From assembly GCF_001194135.2 (NCBI RefSeq), contig NC_068993.1, positions 31,408,840-31,459,009 of the forward strand: a DNA stretch of 50,170 nt, in the 5' to 3' direction. The notes under the pieces are model-generated. The model was not told where the DNA came from and did not search any database. It was given only the letters and a program-made list of their open reading frames with translations. Origin of the DNA: Octopus bimaculoides. Lineage: Eukaryota. This document shows positions 38,239 through 50,170 of the stretch, one piece after another (position 1 is the first letter of the stretch; each line of letters opens with the position of its first letter). Position numbers and translations under genes: made by a program.

Positions 38239-38607
38239 TTTATTACCTTCGCCTCAGCGAAGGCGGAGGTATTGTTTTCAGTCGCGCATGTTTGTTCGTT
38301 TGTCTGTGAACAAGATATCTCAAGAACCGCTGAATGGATTAGACTGAAATTTCCAGGGATGTTTGGCCTTATGACTGGCACGAACTGATTAGATTTTGGG
38401 ATCGATCAAGTACCGGACAAGGGTTCTGGTTTATTTTTCCTGCTTTTTACTTAGTTTTTGAGAGTGTTTGGATTCATTTTTAGTATTCTCGTTTGTGAAA
38501 GTAGTCGAGTTTATTTCAGATATTCTCATTCTAAAAATCATCTCTGGCTAATCGTTGAGTAGATATTGTTGTTACGTTGGCGGAGGTTTGCTCTCCCTGA
38601 GTGCTCT
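38239..38607 (+). mobile_element. HINE (Helentron-associated, DINE-1-like) non-autonomous element
   Basis: 5' ttattaccttcgcc with an adjacent palindrome, subterminal inverted ggcggaggt (38579-38587), imperfect 3' hairpin gctctccctgagtgc, inserted in a T-rich site. Confidence 0.65.
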
Positions 38608-38656
38608 TGTTGTTGTTGTTGTTGTTGTTGTTGTTATTATTATTATNNNNNNNNNN

Positions 38657-38689
<33 letters not shown>

Positions 38690-38898
38690 TTCTTTCAATT
38701 TTGTTTCAATTTCTTCCTGAGACCTAGGGCAAAGAAACTCACTGTAATTTTGGTAGGTAGTCAAACTAAACTCACCAGATTGTTCAGTTACAAATTCATG
38801 TGATAAAAAAAGTGAAGAAAGACAGAGATAAAGGGAAAAAGGGGAAATGAAAAAGAAGAAAACAAAGAAAATAAAGGGAGAAAAGAAAAGAAAATTCA

Positions 38899-41800
38899 CT
38901 ATTATTTTTATTATTATTACTACTAATAATATCTTTTATGATTTCCTTTCGCTATAACTTTATTTCAGCTGCCTTAGTAACGGGCATCCTCCGGAGGCCA
39001 AGAGTAGCAAGGACAATTCTCTTTTGCTATGCATGCTACAGTTATCACCACATTTATTCCATTTTAGATGGAGAGTGCCTTCCGAAGTATATGGTCTGTA
39101 CCTATCAAGGTTATCTTGTGTAGTTCAAGGAGATTGGAGTTACCACAGAGTCGGTTAATATACTTCTCAGTTCCCTTTATCATTCCCAGCGCAGCAATTA
39201 CTACTGATATTATCGTAGTATTAAGATTCCACATTATTCTGATTTCAATTGCAAATCTTTATAGTGAGAAGGATTTTCGTATTCCTTTCTTGAGACATTT
39301 TGATCTTGCGGTACAGATATATCTATAAACAGACAAATTCCTTTGTTGAGTCCTTGATCATAATGTCTGGGCGATTGGAGTCAATTTTTCTATCTGTTTG
39401 TATTGGAAAATTCTAAAGGAAGGTGATGCCCTCGACATTTACTACATCCGCTGGATGGTGCTTGCACCACTTATCATGGGGTTTAATTTTGTAATATTTA
39501 CAAGCATTCCAGTGAATGCACTACCCTAGTCTGTCATGTTTTATGAGGCACTCTTTTACAGCGGGGAGTGGGCAACCTGAAACAACATGATCAATTGCCT
39601 CCGGGAATTTTCTGCAAATTCTGCATGAAAGGTCAGATCCAAGAGACTTTTTAAATTTCTGACTAAGCTTCATGACTGAAGCTTGCTTGGAATCTTCATG
39701 CTTCAGTGCAGGTCGTAAGAGCACATCACTTGTTGTACTAGGTACGTTTCAAGGTCTATTATTGCTGGTTTGAAGGATTATGTGAACTGTATCAGGCTTC
39801 TTCCACCTATTTTTCTTGGGAGATAAATCTTGTCTACATCTGATTTTGGGTGGTGCATTCGGTACCTTGTAAAGATTTTACAGATCTTTTCATCCATATT
39901 CTGCATGTCAGTGAGACTCCACTAAATGATACCGAAGCTATATGTGGTTACTGGAATCGCCAAAGAATTGGTCGCATTAATTCTTTTAGCAGCATTTAAT
40001 TCTGAGTTTAGGACCATTCTTACCCTTCGATAGCGTTCCTTGCAGATTTTCGTTTTCATTCTAGAATGCTGGATACCATCAGCTTCATTAGTTTCCAGAT
40101 ATGTGTACACTTCAGAATCGTCTAGGTTTCGAATATCTGTGGTAATATCAAGTTCTATGTGTTCTGCATTTATGAACTTCCCTGCCTTGAAAGTAGCCAT
40201 TGCATATTTATCAAGTCCGAATTCCATACCTATATCAGAGCTGAATTCTTTGACAATATTCAGGAGCTCTTCTAATTCTTTGTCGTTTTCGGCAAACAGT
40301 TTTACATCATCTATAGGGAGTAGATGATTAATTTTCTAGTTAAAGATCTTACACGCTCTCTTAACATTATTCAGTTGCGTGGATAAAGGGAACAGTGAAA
40401 GGAAGAATACTAATAGTGATAAAGAGTCACATTGAAAGATACTACAGGCGATATTGATGTCTGGTGAGGTGGTATATCCATATGTATGGTTTAAAATGAG
40501 GGTGGTTTTCCACGAACTCATGATTACTTTTAAAAAGTTCACAATTGTTGGAGCTATTTTGTAAGTTTCTAGATCCATGTTTGAGGACACTGTCAAAAGC
40601 TTTCTTATAATCTATCCAAGCGGTGCAACGGTTTCTGCGTTTGGATTTGCAATTTTCAATGACCATTTTATCAATCAATAATTGGTCCTTACATCCACAT
40701 GAACTTCTTTTACATCCCTTTTGTTCCACTGGGAATAACCTGTCCAAGAATTCATATGCTTTATTCGTTATTATAAATGTTTATAGTTTATATATGGCGG
40801 TAGGGCATGTTATGGGCCGGTATTTTGTGGGGTTAGTAATTTCTCCTGTTTTTGGTAAGTGTTATGTAATCCATTCTATAAGAGACTTTGGAGCTCTCGC
40901 AGGGATGGACATGACTTCTTTGAGTGTTGCGGGTAAGTTGTGGTGATTGCTCATGAAAGAGTTTTGCCAAAAATTTGGTATCTTATCTATACCTGGGGAT
41001 TTCCATTTCTTTGACTTGGTGAGCGCCGCTTTCACTTCTTTAGTTGTTATATCCTGCCATTCTTGATATTTGAGGTGGGCATTGACCTCTTCTATGTCCC
41101 TAACTCAATGTGCATTCTGATTAAACTCTTTTGGATTACTCCAAATATTTTTCGAAAAGTTTTCCGTTTGCTGCTAGGGAGAAGGTGTTTTCACAATAAT
41201 GGTATTTTTCTCCAGTTCCCTGTATAAATGTTTTCGTGTTCTACTGGAATAATATGTTTTGTCTATGGAATACTGAGCGTTTTTTTTTTGTATCTTGCTT
41301 GTCATTTGGTTTTTAATTGTTGTTTTTGTTTGAGGATTTCAATCTGTGTATCCTTTGTTTTCTTGTAAAAGTCATGTTTAGTAATTATTCTTATCAATTT
41401 GTTGTGTTTATTAGTTTTCCCTTTCCTTGCTTCAAGTAGAAAAGATATATCTGCTCTTGGAAAGTTTGCCAGTTTATTCTTTCCATCCATGGAGGCTGTT
41501 TGTGTACATTACATTTTGTTTGTCTATCTCTAATTTTAATACCGCATTTCTGAGTTGCAACATAAGCAGCTGAGTAAATGAGTTGATCAATTACTCCGAG
41601 GGCATTTTCTCTACTATTTTCAAGGCGTTGTCGTATCAGCTTTCTAAGTGCTGGATCAACATCCTTGATTACTTTTCTGTTCTTATTAATATTAATAATT
41701 TTTGGAAGCGGCGCTCTTTCTTGGAAAGGTTTATTGGATATTGTTCTAGTATCCCATCTAACAGTTCATTGCTGATGTGATCATTTTTAGTGTTTTTAGT

Positions 41801-42470
41801 AGCAGCTGATGATCCACCTTCACAGGGTTCTGTGTACCCAGTTTGCTGGTTTGAGTTAGTAACTTCAGAGTTTTTTGCTTGTGGGTATAAATGAGTGTGT
41901 GTTATACAAAGCTGACTTTTGACTGATCTGACTATTTTGTTAATTTAGTCTTTTAGTTTTTTAGGATATCACGTCTCACAACTCCTAATTTATTACTGTC
42001 CATGTACAGCATGCTATGCGAATTTTTGCACCTCCAGATATTGTAGGTCTCTTTTTGTGTGGTTGATGTTTCTGGGTTTAGTGTCGAATGCATAACTTCG
42101 ATATATTCCTTCTTAATCCATTTCTGTCTTGTACATCTATTTCTTTGAGATAGGTTTGTTAGTTAACCCTGAGCGTCAGTTTCGTGAATATCCCTGGCTT
42201 GATTTGCTATAAATTCTTGAGGAGTCTGTTCCTGATTTAAATACTTTTCTAGCTCAGTGTCAAAACCTAAGGACACTGATGAACACGTTCTTCGAACGAC
42301 AGGGGATATAGGAGGTATTTTCATGGTTGGTATCCAGGGTCGTGCCCCAAGCGCACAGGGTTTCTTGGGCAAGTTTCAGAGGTTCCAGGCATCGTCATTT
42401 TCGGAGTGGTGTTTATTTTGAGAAGTTTTAAATTAGTTTATATCATGACCTGCAGTCTGGAAAGTGTCAA
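38899..42470 (-). mobile_element. Second long R4/Dong-clade non-LTR retrotransposon, degenerate
   Basis: GCKDQLLIDKMV..AWIDYKKAFDSV, IFQCDSLS, LPIDDVKLFA, MEFGLDK, LAIPVTTYSFG, CRICRKFPEAIDHVVSGCP..KHDRLG. The 3' end runs into a (TAA)-rich tail at ~38899-38930. Confidence 0.9.
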
Positions 42471-43373
42471 ATGACAGGCCGATAGAATTCGTGTAGCATC
42501 GTAGAAGGAGGCAGATATTGAATTCACAGCCAGAGAGAGACAGAGACAGGGAGACGAAAGACAGAAACATCATGCAGTCTCCAACTAGTATTACCTTCGA
42601 ACTATTTCCAGTAAATGGTGTTGGCGTTGGCGGCGGCGGCGGCGGTAGTAGAAGTGGTAATGGGATTGTATATGTTATTATTAGTGTTCTTGTTGTTATT
42701 GTTATTGTTATTGTTAGAACAGGATATATGTCAAATATCTTTAAGGCTTTCTCATATCACAAATAGAAGATTTGTTAATATAAATGGAAACTAATATTCA
42801 ATTATATTGACAAAAATCACAGCACAAGAACCAGATTCCCAATGGATTAAATCTAAATTTACTTCATTTACTCAGGTAATTTACTTGGAAACTATAACTC
42901 ATAATCTGTTGCCATTGGTCATATACTGTATTTAGGACAATGTAAATGAATTTGTACAATAAACAGAAAATTGCTTCGGTGTGCGTAGTAAAATATATCT
43001 ATAAAAGGTTTATGAAGACTAACCACGTAAAGTTCCGTCTGAAGTGTTAACCTTTGCCTCACCTCATGTCACATCAATACGAAATTCTCGTTTACAGTTC
43101 TGCATTAACTTACGTGAATTACTAATTTATATATCTACTAATTCTGGTGTTTTCATTATTTGATTAGTTGAAAGTAAACAGTTTAACACTTCTTTTATTA
43201 TAGCCCAGTTATATGGCAGCGAGCTGGCAGAATCGTTAGCGCCCAGTTTGAGAAGGAGTATCACGCTTTACAGTCGAAGAATATGTGAGGAATCGTCGTA
43301 TCAAAATATTAAAAGCAGCATGGCAAGATACTGATATCTCCTATGAAAAGATATCCTGTCAATATGAACAGAT

Positions 43374-43590
43374 GGCAGCGAGCTCGCAGAATCGTTAACA
43401 CGCTGGACGAAGTCCTTAGCGGTATTTTGCCCGTCGCTACGTTCTGAGTTCAAATTCCGCCGGGGTCGGTTTTGCCTTTCATCCTTTCGGGGTCGGTAAA
43501 ATAAGTACCAGTGAAACATTAGGGTCGATGTAATCGACTAGTCCCCTTCCCTGAAATTTCAGGCATTGTGCCCTTAGTAGAAAGGATTAT
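43374..43590 (+). mobile_element. tRNA-derived SINE (near full length)
   Basis: ggcagcgagctcgcagaatcgttaac A-box-like, gagttcaaattcc B-box, cctttcggggtcg..ataagtaccag..gtcgatgtaatcgact core. Confidence 0.85.
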
Positions 43591-43914
43591 GACCCAGTTT
43601 GAGAAGAAGGAGTATCACGCTTGACAGTCGAAGGATATGTGAGGAATCGTCATTTCAAAATATTAAAAGCGGCATAGCAAGATACTGATATCTCCTATGA
43701 AAAGATACCCTGTCAATATGAACACCGTTAAAAGCTCCGATCAAACCCAACACGAAGGACGGGTTGTGTTGTTAACTTATTATCATATAAATTAGTGAAG
43801 GGAAACAACACTTACACGCACGCACGCACACACACACACACACATCGTACAACGAGTTCCCGTTCGTGCCAGGATATTCTCTCTAGATGCTTCTCACTAA
43901 CGCATAGTGTGTGT

Positions 43915-43953
<39 letters not shown>

Positions 43954-44570
43954 ATGTGTGTGTGTGATTATGCATTTGTAGTGGTGTAAAACTGAACGAA
44001 GTTAGGTGAGGTGGAGTTGGATAATACTTAAGCGAAGCTTATTTAGGGGAAACGAACCTATTAATTACAGCGTAGCTATTCTCCTACTGACTTGTACAAA
44101 CTTTCTAACTAAAGGCAGATTCTCATCTAGAATAACCCTTGCACTATATCAGTTATAACCCTTGCACTATATCAATTATCTAGCACAGGTCAATAAGGTG
44201 TCCTGTATGAGATATAATTAGGTTTATTAAATGAGTTAAAATGTTTCTGTTGAAGGCAACTTTGCAGACTTTCAGATTTAAAAAAAACAGCGTCGCAGAC
44301 GCCAGAGCAAGAGTGTCGCAACAACTCCGCCGCGTTGTGCTAGTTTCGATTCCTTGAGAGTAGTATGTCAGAATTAAATATAATAATGTCGATTTATTCA
44401 AATTTGTTTTCATTTCAATCATTTCTTAAAGTATTTCAGGGTGCAACAGTAATAGATTCATTTCTCGCCTTGGTAGGCATGGCATTTTTTTTAACATTAT
44501 TACCACCGAAATTATTTAAATAAGGTATGCAAGTGTGCCACTAGAATTACCGATAGTTATACTTTACTAA

Positions 44571-44853
44571 GGCGGCGAGCTGGCAGAAACGTTAGCACGC
44601 CGGGGTCGATAAATTAAGTACCAGTTATGCATTGGTGTCGATGTAATCGACTTAATCCCTTTGTCTGTCCTTGTTTGTCTCCTCTGTGTGTAGCCCCTTG
44701 TCTGTCTTTACGTTCAAATTCTGCTGAGTTCGACTTTGACTTTCATACTTTTGAGGTCGATACATTAAGTATCAGTTGCGTTCTGTGGTCGGTCTAATCG
44801 ACTAGTCCCCCTATCCAAAACTTTCGGGCCTTGTGCCTAGAGTAGAAAAGATT
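44571..44853 (+). mobile_element. Two adjacent SINE fragments of the same family
   Basis: ggcggcgagctggcagaaacgttagcacgcc..gtcgataaattaagtaccag; a second copy from gttcaaattct to agtagaaaagatt. Confidence 0.8.
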
Positions 44854-45070
44854 TATACTGTGACTTTTCAAAAGCAGTTTCTGTCAGAATACACTTGAAG
44901 ACAATTTAAGTTTTCTTCGTTTTGATTCTTCGATTGCTTTCTTTTGAAATTAGCAATTTCATTCAATGATTAAATCTCTATATTTATTAGTTTCTTTCGT
45001 ATATTTTATTTTCCTTTCTCTTTTCATCAAAATTGTATAAAATATTTAAATTCTATTTTAATTCCAAATT

Positions 45071-45072
<2 letters not shown>

Positions 45073-45134
<62 letters not shown>

Positions 45135-45200
45135 ACACTCACACACACACACACACAACCACACACACACATACATACACTCACACACACACACACATAT
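45073..45200. repeat. (CA)n microsatellite
   Basis: Seen directly. Confidence 0.95.
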
Positions 45201-45594
45201 ATATATTATATATAATACGAAATTAATTTTCCTACTGCATTTCATATTATGATGTGAAATTGCGTCCCTATGGAGTTTTTCGAAAAAGTGCACAAGAAAC
45301 CAAGGAACAAGCAACAGGACTGCCTTAATGCATGAAAATAACAATTTCTAAATACACATGGTACAACATAGATACATAAGAACACAAAAACGTTTCAAAA
45401 GGGGTATGTTAGGATATTAATGAAAATCGTAATAACATAAGAGTACATTCTTAGCACAAAAAGATGTTTCCTACAGTGTGAGGAGTGGTGGCAATAAAAG
45501 GAGAGTTCCTAGGGAAAAGAAAGTCAATGTTATTGTTATTTTTAATGTTTTATTATTCGATTTGACTATTTACTGTATTATAATTTATAATCAC

Positions 45595-47209
45595 CAACAT
45601 TAGCTTGGCGGATGAAGAACGTATCCAAAATTGTTTGTTGTTTAAGACGCATCATCTTTATGGCAAATCAGAATAGGAACTGAGCTCATAGTAAACTCTT
45701 CTTGTAATTTTTATTTTACGTTCATAATAGGGCTTATTTTCAGCAAAAATCTACGGAGGTTCCTCTCTATAAGGGCCAATCCTTTAGTAATAATTTTTGT
45801 AGTCAATTAAAGTAATGCAGGCGGAACTTCCTTTGTTTCATCTATATTCTCGGTTTTCTTTTTTTCTGACACCATCAGCACCTCATTAGACAAATATTCT
45901 GTCTGGTACACTAGGAATTCAGTCACATTATCCTCTATAAATTCTTCAAATCCTACATCCTTTGCAAGTGTCACAATATTTCCCGAATTTGACGTAGACT
46001 TTCTGCTTGAGAAAAACTTGTAATATGACATAACTTGGCCATATATTTTCCCAAGCCCTATTCAAAGTTGAAAGTTTCACTTCATCTCATGAATCAGTTA
46101 TATTATCCACAGCATCCATTATGCTGAATTTCTCCGAGAAATCTCTAGCTGTAGGTTTACCCTCCCTTGTCAACTGCTTTCATAAGTTGTTCGAAAGTTC
46201 TCATATAATATACCTTGTACTTTGCTATCATTCATTGATCCATTGACTGGAGGAATGAAGTTGTATTCTTGGGGATATTTTCTGATCTCGCATTACCAAA
46301 AAGATTATCTGAGTTCGCTAGGTGGTTTGGTGCATTGTCTAAAAGAAGCAATGTTTTGTTGGAAATATTGTCTCGCACTGTATCTTTCTACGGCAAGACA
46401 AAAATGCGTTTGTAAACCTCTCTTTGAAAAGACTCCTAGTCATCCATGCCTTCCTATTTGAGCGCCAAATCAGAGGTAGGTTGAACTTTGTGCAACCTTT
46501 GAAAGTTCTCAGATTTTTAGAGTGATGCATGAGTAGGGGCTTTAATTACATATTACCAGTAGCATTTCCTCCCTAAAGAAGTGCCAGATGATGTGTAGAA
46601 GCTTTACATTTTGGTGTCGATTTTGCATTTTTCTCCTCGAAAAATAAAAGTTCTTATAGGCAGATGCTTCCAGAAAAGTGCAGTTTCAACATTGTATACT
46701 TGCTCTGGTTTGTAGCTCCTTTCAACAATTGTTTTCTTCAACTGCTTAGGATAACTATTAGCAGCCTCTATATTCATGGATATCTTAAACCTTTCAATCA
46801 TGTTTCTACAACCCAAAATGTGTATTCCATTAGAACCTTCACCCTTTTTTTTCTGCAGCTCGTCATATAAGCTTTTTCTTTTTTGTTCCAATTATCATTG
46901 TGTTTATCGGCAGATTAAGCCGATTCGGATCATCGATCCATACACTCAAGAAACATTCCATTTTAAGCATTACATTATATCTATAGAAACATAAGGTCTG
47001 CGCAGTTAACTGAGTAGCTTCTTGAGCACTTGACAATTTTCTCTCTGTTGACACATATTGATATCTCAATGGCGTTGCAAGACTTAATGCTTTGACCATA
47101 GATTTCTTTCCTGCATCAAGTCTTTCTTTAAAACATCAAGCTTAATCCCTTTACGGTTCCTTGTCGCATTAGTACCTTCAGTTCTACTTGAGAGCTTCTT
47201 TCCTGACAT
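45595..47209 (-). pseudogene. Tigger/pogo (TIGD/CENP-B-like) transposase pseudogene
   Basis: N-terminal HTH, MECFLSVWIDD, ERFK, EQVYNVETALFWKHLP.RTFI, WRSNRKAWMTRSLF, C-terminal KQQTILDTFF; many frameshifts. Confidence 0.85.
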
Positions 47210-47450
47210 CTTAAATCGACGGTAAACCCAGCAGCAGCGATTAGTTATTCACAACAAATATTTAGAAAACTAAATTGGCCCAGAAAAGATCTGTTTTGGA
47301 CGAATATAAAATTGTATTCCTATGAATGTAATAATAAAAATGAAATAAAAAGGTGAATTAAGGAAACAAAAATACAAAATGACTATAATTAACTGAAGAC
47401 CCACCAGATTTTATAGGCAATTCGTCCCTTGCACTTTTGACTTAAGACAT

Positions 47451-47485
<35 letters not shown>

Positions 47486-47985
47486 CACACACACTTATAA
47501 GCTCATACACACACGTTCACACACACATTCATGCACAGACACAGACACACATACTCACGCATGTATTGGAGTACATGCTGATATCTGTTGTAGCTAATTG
47601 GATTCAAAAATTCACGGCGTAATAGTTGTGGTGATGATGTGGTTTGCATTGGTTTAGATGTTAGTGATGGTGATCAAGTATCGTAAATAGTGAGGTTGTC
47701 ATATTGTTGTTACTAATTGTATCGTTGTGGTTGTTTAGTTTCAAGACAATCCTCACAGACATAAGATCAAAATGTTTCATTCAACATTTAGAATGCACTA
47801 GGATACTACAGTATACGTTTTTATTTGAAATGGTTTTGCTTATCTTTTTCTATCTTTGTGTTGGTGATAGAAACACTCGCATGCATAGCTGCATGCACAC
47901 ATTCTTATCTATCTATCTGTCTATCCATCCATCTACCCATCCATCCATCCATTCATCTATCTATCTATCCCTCTCTCTCTCCCTT

Positions 47986-48034
<49 letters not shown>

Positions 48035-48069
48035 TAGTTTATGTATACATTAATATTCTCTCAGTTTTA

Positions 48070-48637
48070 AAAAGACCTTTGATAATGTAAATATGTTAAT
48101 AGTTACCAGAGGTAGCAAAATTACACTAGAAACCAAGATATCACAGCCGTTTTACAGGTAGAGATACCAAGTAAAAGTGATACATTTTGAGAAGATATGA
48201 ATAATGATAATAAATGGAGCAAAACGCATATAAGTAAAAGTTCCTTTAATTCCTACAAATGTTTCAAAACATATGAGAGAGCACTTCTACAAAGAAGTAA
48301 GAGCTGCTGGAATACCTCATATATTCCTCTTCAGGTAATCCATAAATAAACATATGAAAGCAAGACAAATACGAAATGATGAGGTAACTTACGAGCTAAG
48401 ATGTTACATGGTCACTGACCGTTAGAACGTTTGTTTACGTATAGATATAAAGGGATCAATGATATTATTCCATGTGCTTTAGTAATAAGAACGCTTGTTT
48501 ACATGGAGATATAAAGAGCGGGGGTTGTAAACGTGATGCTAAAGGTTTAAATTAAATGAATGATTGAAATGTGGGGAGGAAAATTGCTGAGTCAAAAATG
48601 GAGGAAGGGAGAGAACTAAGGGAGTACATCAAATTAA
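48070..48637 (-). mobile_element. Penelope-like pseudo-LTR remnant carrying a hammerhead motif
   Basis: Hammerhead fold at 48249-48339; internal direct repeat agaacg(t/c)ttgtttac..agatataaag. Confidence 0.45.
48249..48339 (-). ncRNA. Type I hammerhead ribozyme-like motif with long stem II
   Basis: auuac-CUGAAGA-GGAAUAUAUGAG-[38 nt]-CUCAUAUGUUUU-GAAAC-auuu-GUA-ggaau; all core nucleotides are present. Confidence 0.6.
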
Positions 48638-48990
48638 NNNNNNNNNNNNNNNNNNNNNNNNNNNNNNNNNNNNNNNNNNNNNNNNNNNNNNNNNNNNNNN
48701 NNNNNNNNNNNNNNNNNNNNNNNNNNNNNNNNNNNNNNNNNNNNNNNNNNNNNNNNNNNNNNNNNNNNNNNNNNNNNNNNNNNNNNNNNNNNNNNNNNNN
48801 NNNNNNNNNNNNNNNNNNNNNNNNNNNNNNNNNNNNNNNNNNNNNNNNNNNNNNNNNNNNNNNNNNNNNNNNNNNNNNNNNNNNNNNNNNNNNNNNNNNN
48901 NNNNNNNNNNNNNNNNNNNNNNNNNNNNNNNNNNNNNNNNNNNNNNNNNNNNNNNNNNNNNNNNNNNNNNNNNNNNNNNNNNNNNNNNNN

Positions 48991-49028
<38 letters not shown>

Positions 49029-49581
49029 CACACACACATACATATATATATATACACACACATACACACACATATACACACCTTCACGTACACATATGCA
49101 CACACACGCACACCTATACATACATTCCTGTATATATACATACATGCACATACACACACGCACACACACACACGCTTACATACACATATATGCCTACATA
49201 TATATACATACATATGTGTTTTGTTTAAGATTATAAAAATATTAAGATTAATAACATACTGATTTGAAGCGAAGAATATAAACATGATAAATAAAACACC
49301 ATTACCCTGTGATATATTAATACACTTATGTTTGCGCTATTCAATGGAAGAACGAGGTACAGGGTGTTTCGTTGAGAAATAATAATAATAACAACAATAT
49401 ACATGCTTATATGGAGAAGGTCGGATATAAGGCAAAGCAGCTAGTGGTACAAAGCAATTCAAGTAGTAATTACTGGGAAGGAATTTACTTAATCAACTAT
49501 AGAAGGGGGAATGGCAAGTTACGGTGGATGTAGAAGTAGATATTATTCAGAGGATATTTAGTGAGAAGAGAAAAAAAGAGA

Positions 49582-49600
49582 AATAATAATAATAATAATG

Positions 49601-49671
<71 letters not shown>
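49582..49671. repeat. (AAT)n microsatellite
   Basis: Seen directly; abuts the 3' end of the PLE-derived ORF. Confidence 0.95.
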
Positions 49672-49672
<1 letters not shown>

Positions 49673-49703
49673 CTTAAAACCTAACCTAGTTGGAATGATG
49701 GAG

Positions 49704-50141
49704 CTAACGGTAATAAAAGAAGGTATGTTTCTTGAAGTGCTGACAGCGGTACGCCCTCTGAGTTATTTGGTTAACTAGGTGATTCTTGGAGAACAGGATA
49801 TAAAAAAGTTCCAAGTTACAAAGAGGACAGAAATCCCTACCCTTGTCGTAGGGAACCGAGGTGGCCAGTATGGACCATTCCAAAGAGAATTGCTTATTGC
49901 AATCCTTCAGTTCCCAAATAAATTTACTTAGGTCGGTGGTGCTAGCTTTATTTCTATCCCTAAACGACGAATAATGATTCGAAATTCTGTTGGAGTAATT
50001 ATTATTGATACAGGTATGAACATTACTAATATTACGATCATATCTAGGATGGCCGTCTAGAGAAGAATCTAACAACCTGAGATTATGGGAAGATATAATC
50101 TGTAACAAATTTTTGGTGTTCGAAAACCCAAATCTAACCAT
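49704..50141 (-). mobile_element. Penelope-like element C-terminal ORF segment (145 aa open), GIY-YIG motifs missing
   Basis: NTKNLLQIISSHN, RISNHYSSFRD..STTDLSKFIWELKD..WSIL..PYDKG..CPLCNLE..IL..RCQHFKK match the PLE endonuclease flanks. Confidence 0.75.
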
Positions 50142-50170
50142 ATGCGAGTTGATTATATATATATATATAT

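Noticed and set aside
43374-43460. tRNA-like A/B boxes
   Set aside because: Part of a multi-copy SINE; no cloverleaf or anticodon arm can be built, so it is not called as a tRNA gene.
44151-44177. Short tandem duplication of ataacccttgcactatatca (two copies, ~44131-44177)
   Set aside because: Ordinary slippage duplication with two units and no spacers; not CRISPR-like. No CRISPR array, rRNA or prokaryotic system is seen in the window.
45474-47445. Possible TIRs for the Tigger element
   Set aside because: Only patchy similarity between ~45474-45500 and ~47415-47445; the boundaries are not supportable.

Overview
About 50 kb of AT-rich eukaryotic DNA, dense in microsatellites and broken by 13 assembly gaps. 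The SINE families and repeat texture point to a cephalopod, probably Octopus, short-read assembly (inference from recognised repeat families). I found no confidently identifiable host gene, so the window looks intronic or intergenic. It is almost entirely a stack of decayed transposons: one complete but dead Ty3/gypsy element (both LTRs, PBS, PPT, 5-bp TSD); a near-full-length RTE LINE plus RTE fragments; two long and one short R4/Dong-type REL-endonuclease LINEs; several Penelope-like (PLE) remnants; Tc1, mariner and Tigger/pogo transposase pseudogenes; Helitron and HINE pieces; a hAT MITE; and many tRNA-derived SINE fragments. The most interesting signals are non-coding. They are several PLE-associated hammerhead-ribozyme motifs (one nearly complete with an unusually long stem II at 48249-48339), a ~172-bp-arm hairpin with a perfect 36-bp apical stem, a TTAA-flanked foldback element, and a Penelope-derived ORF that stays open but lacks the GIY-YIG motifs. 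None is demonstrably a new system from sequence alone.
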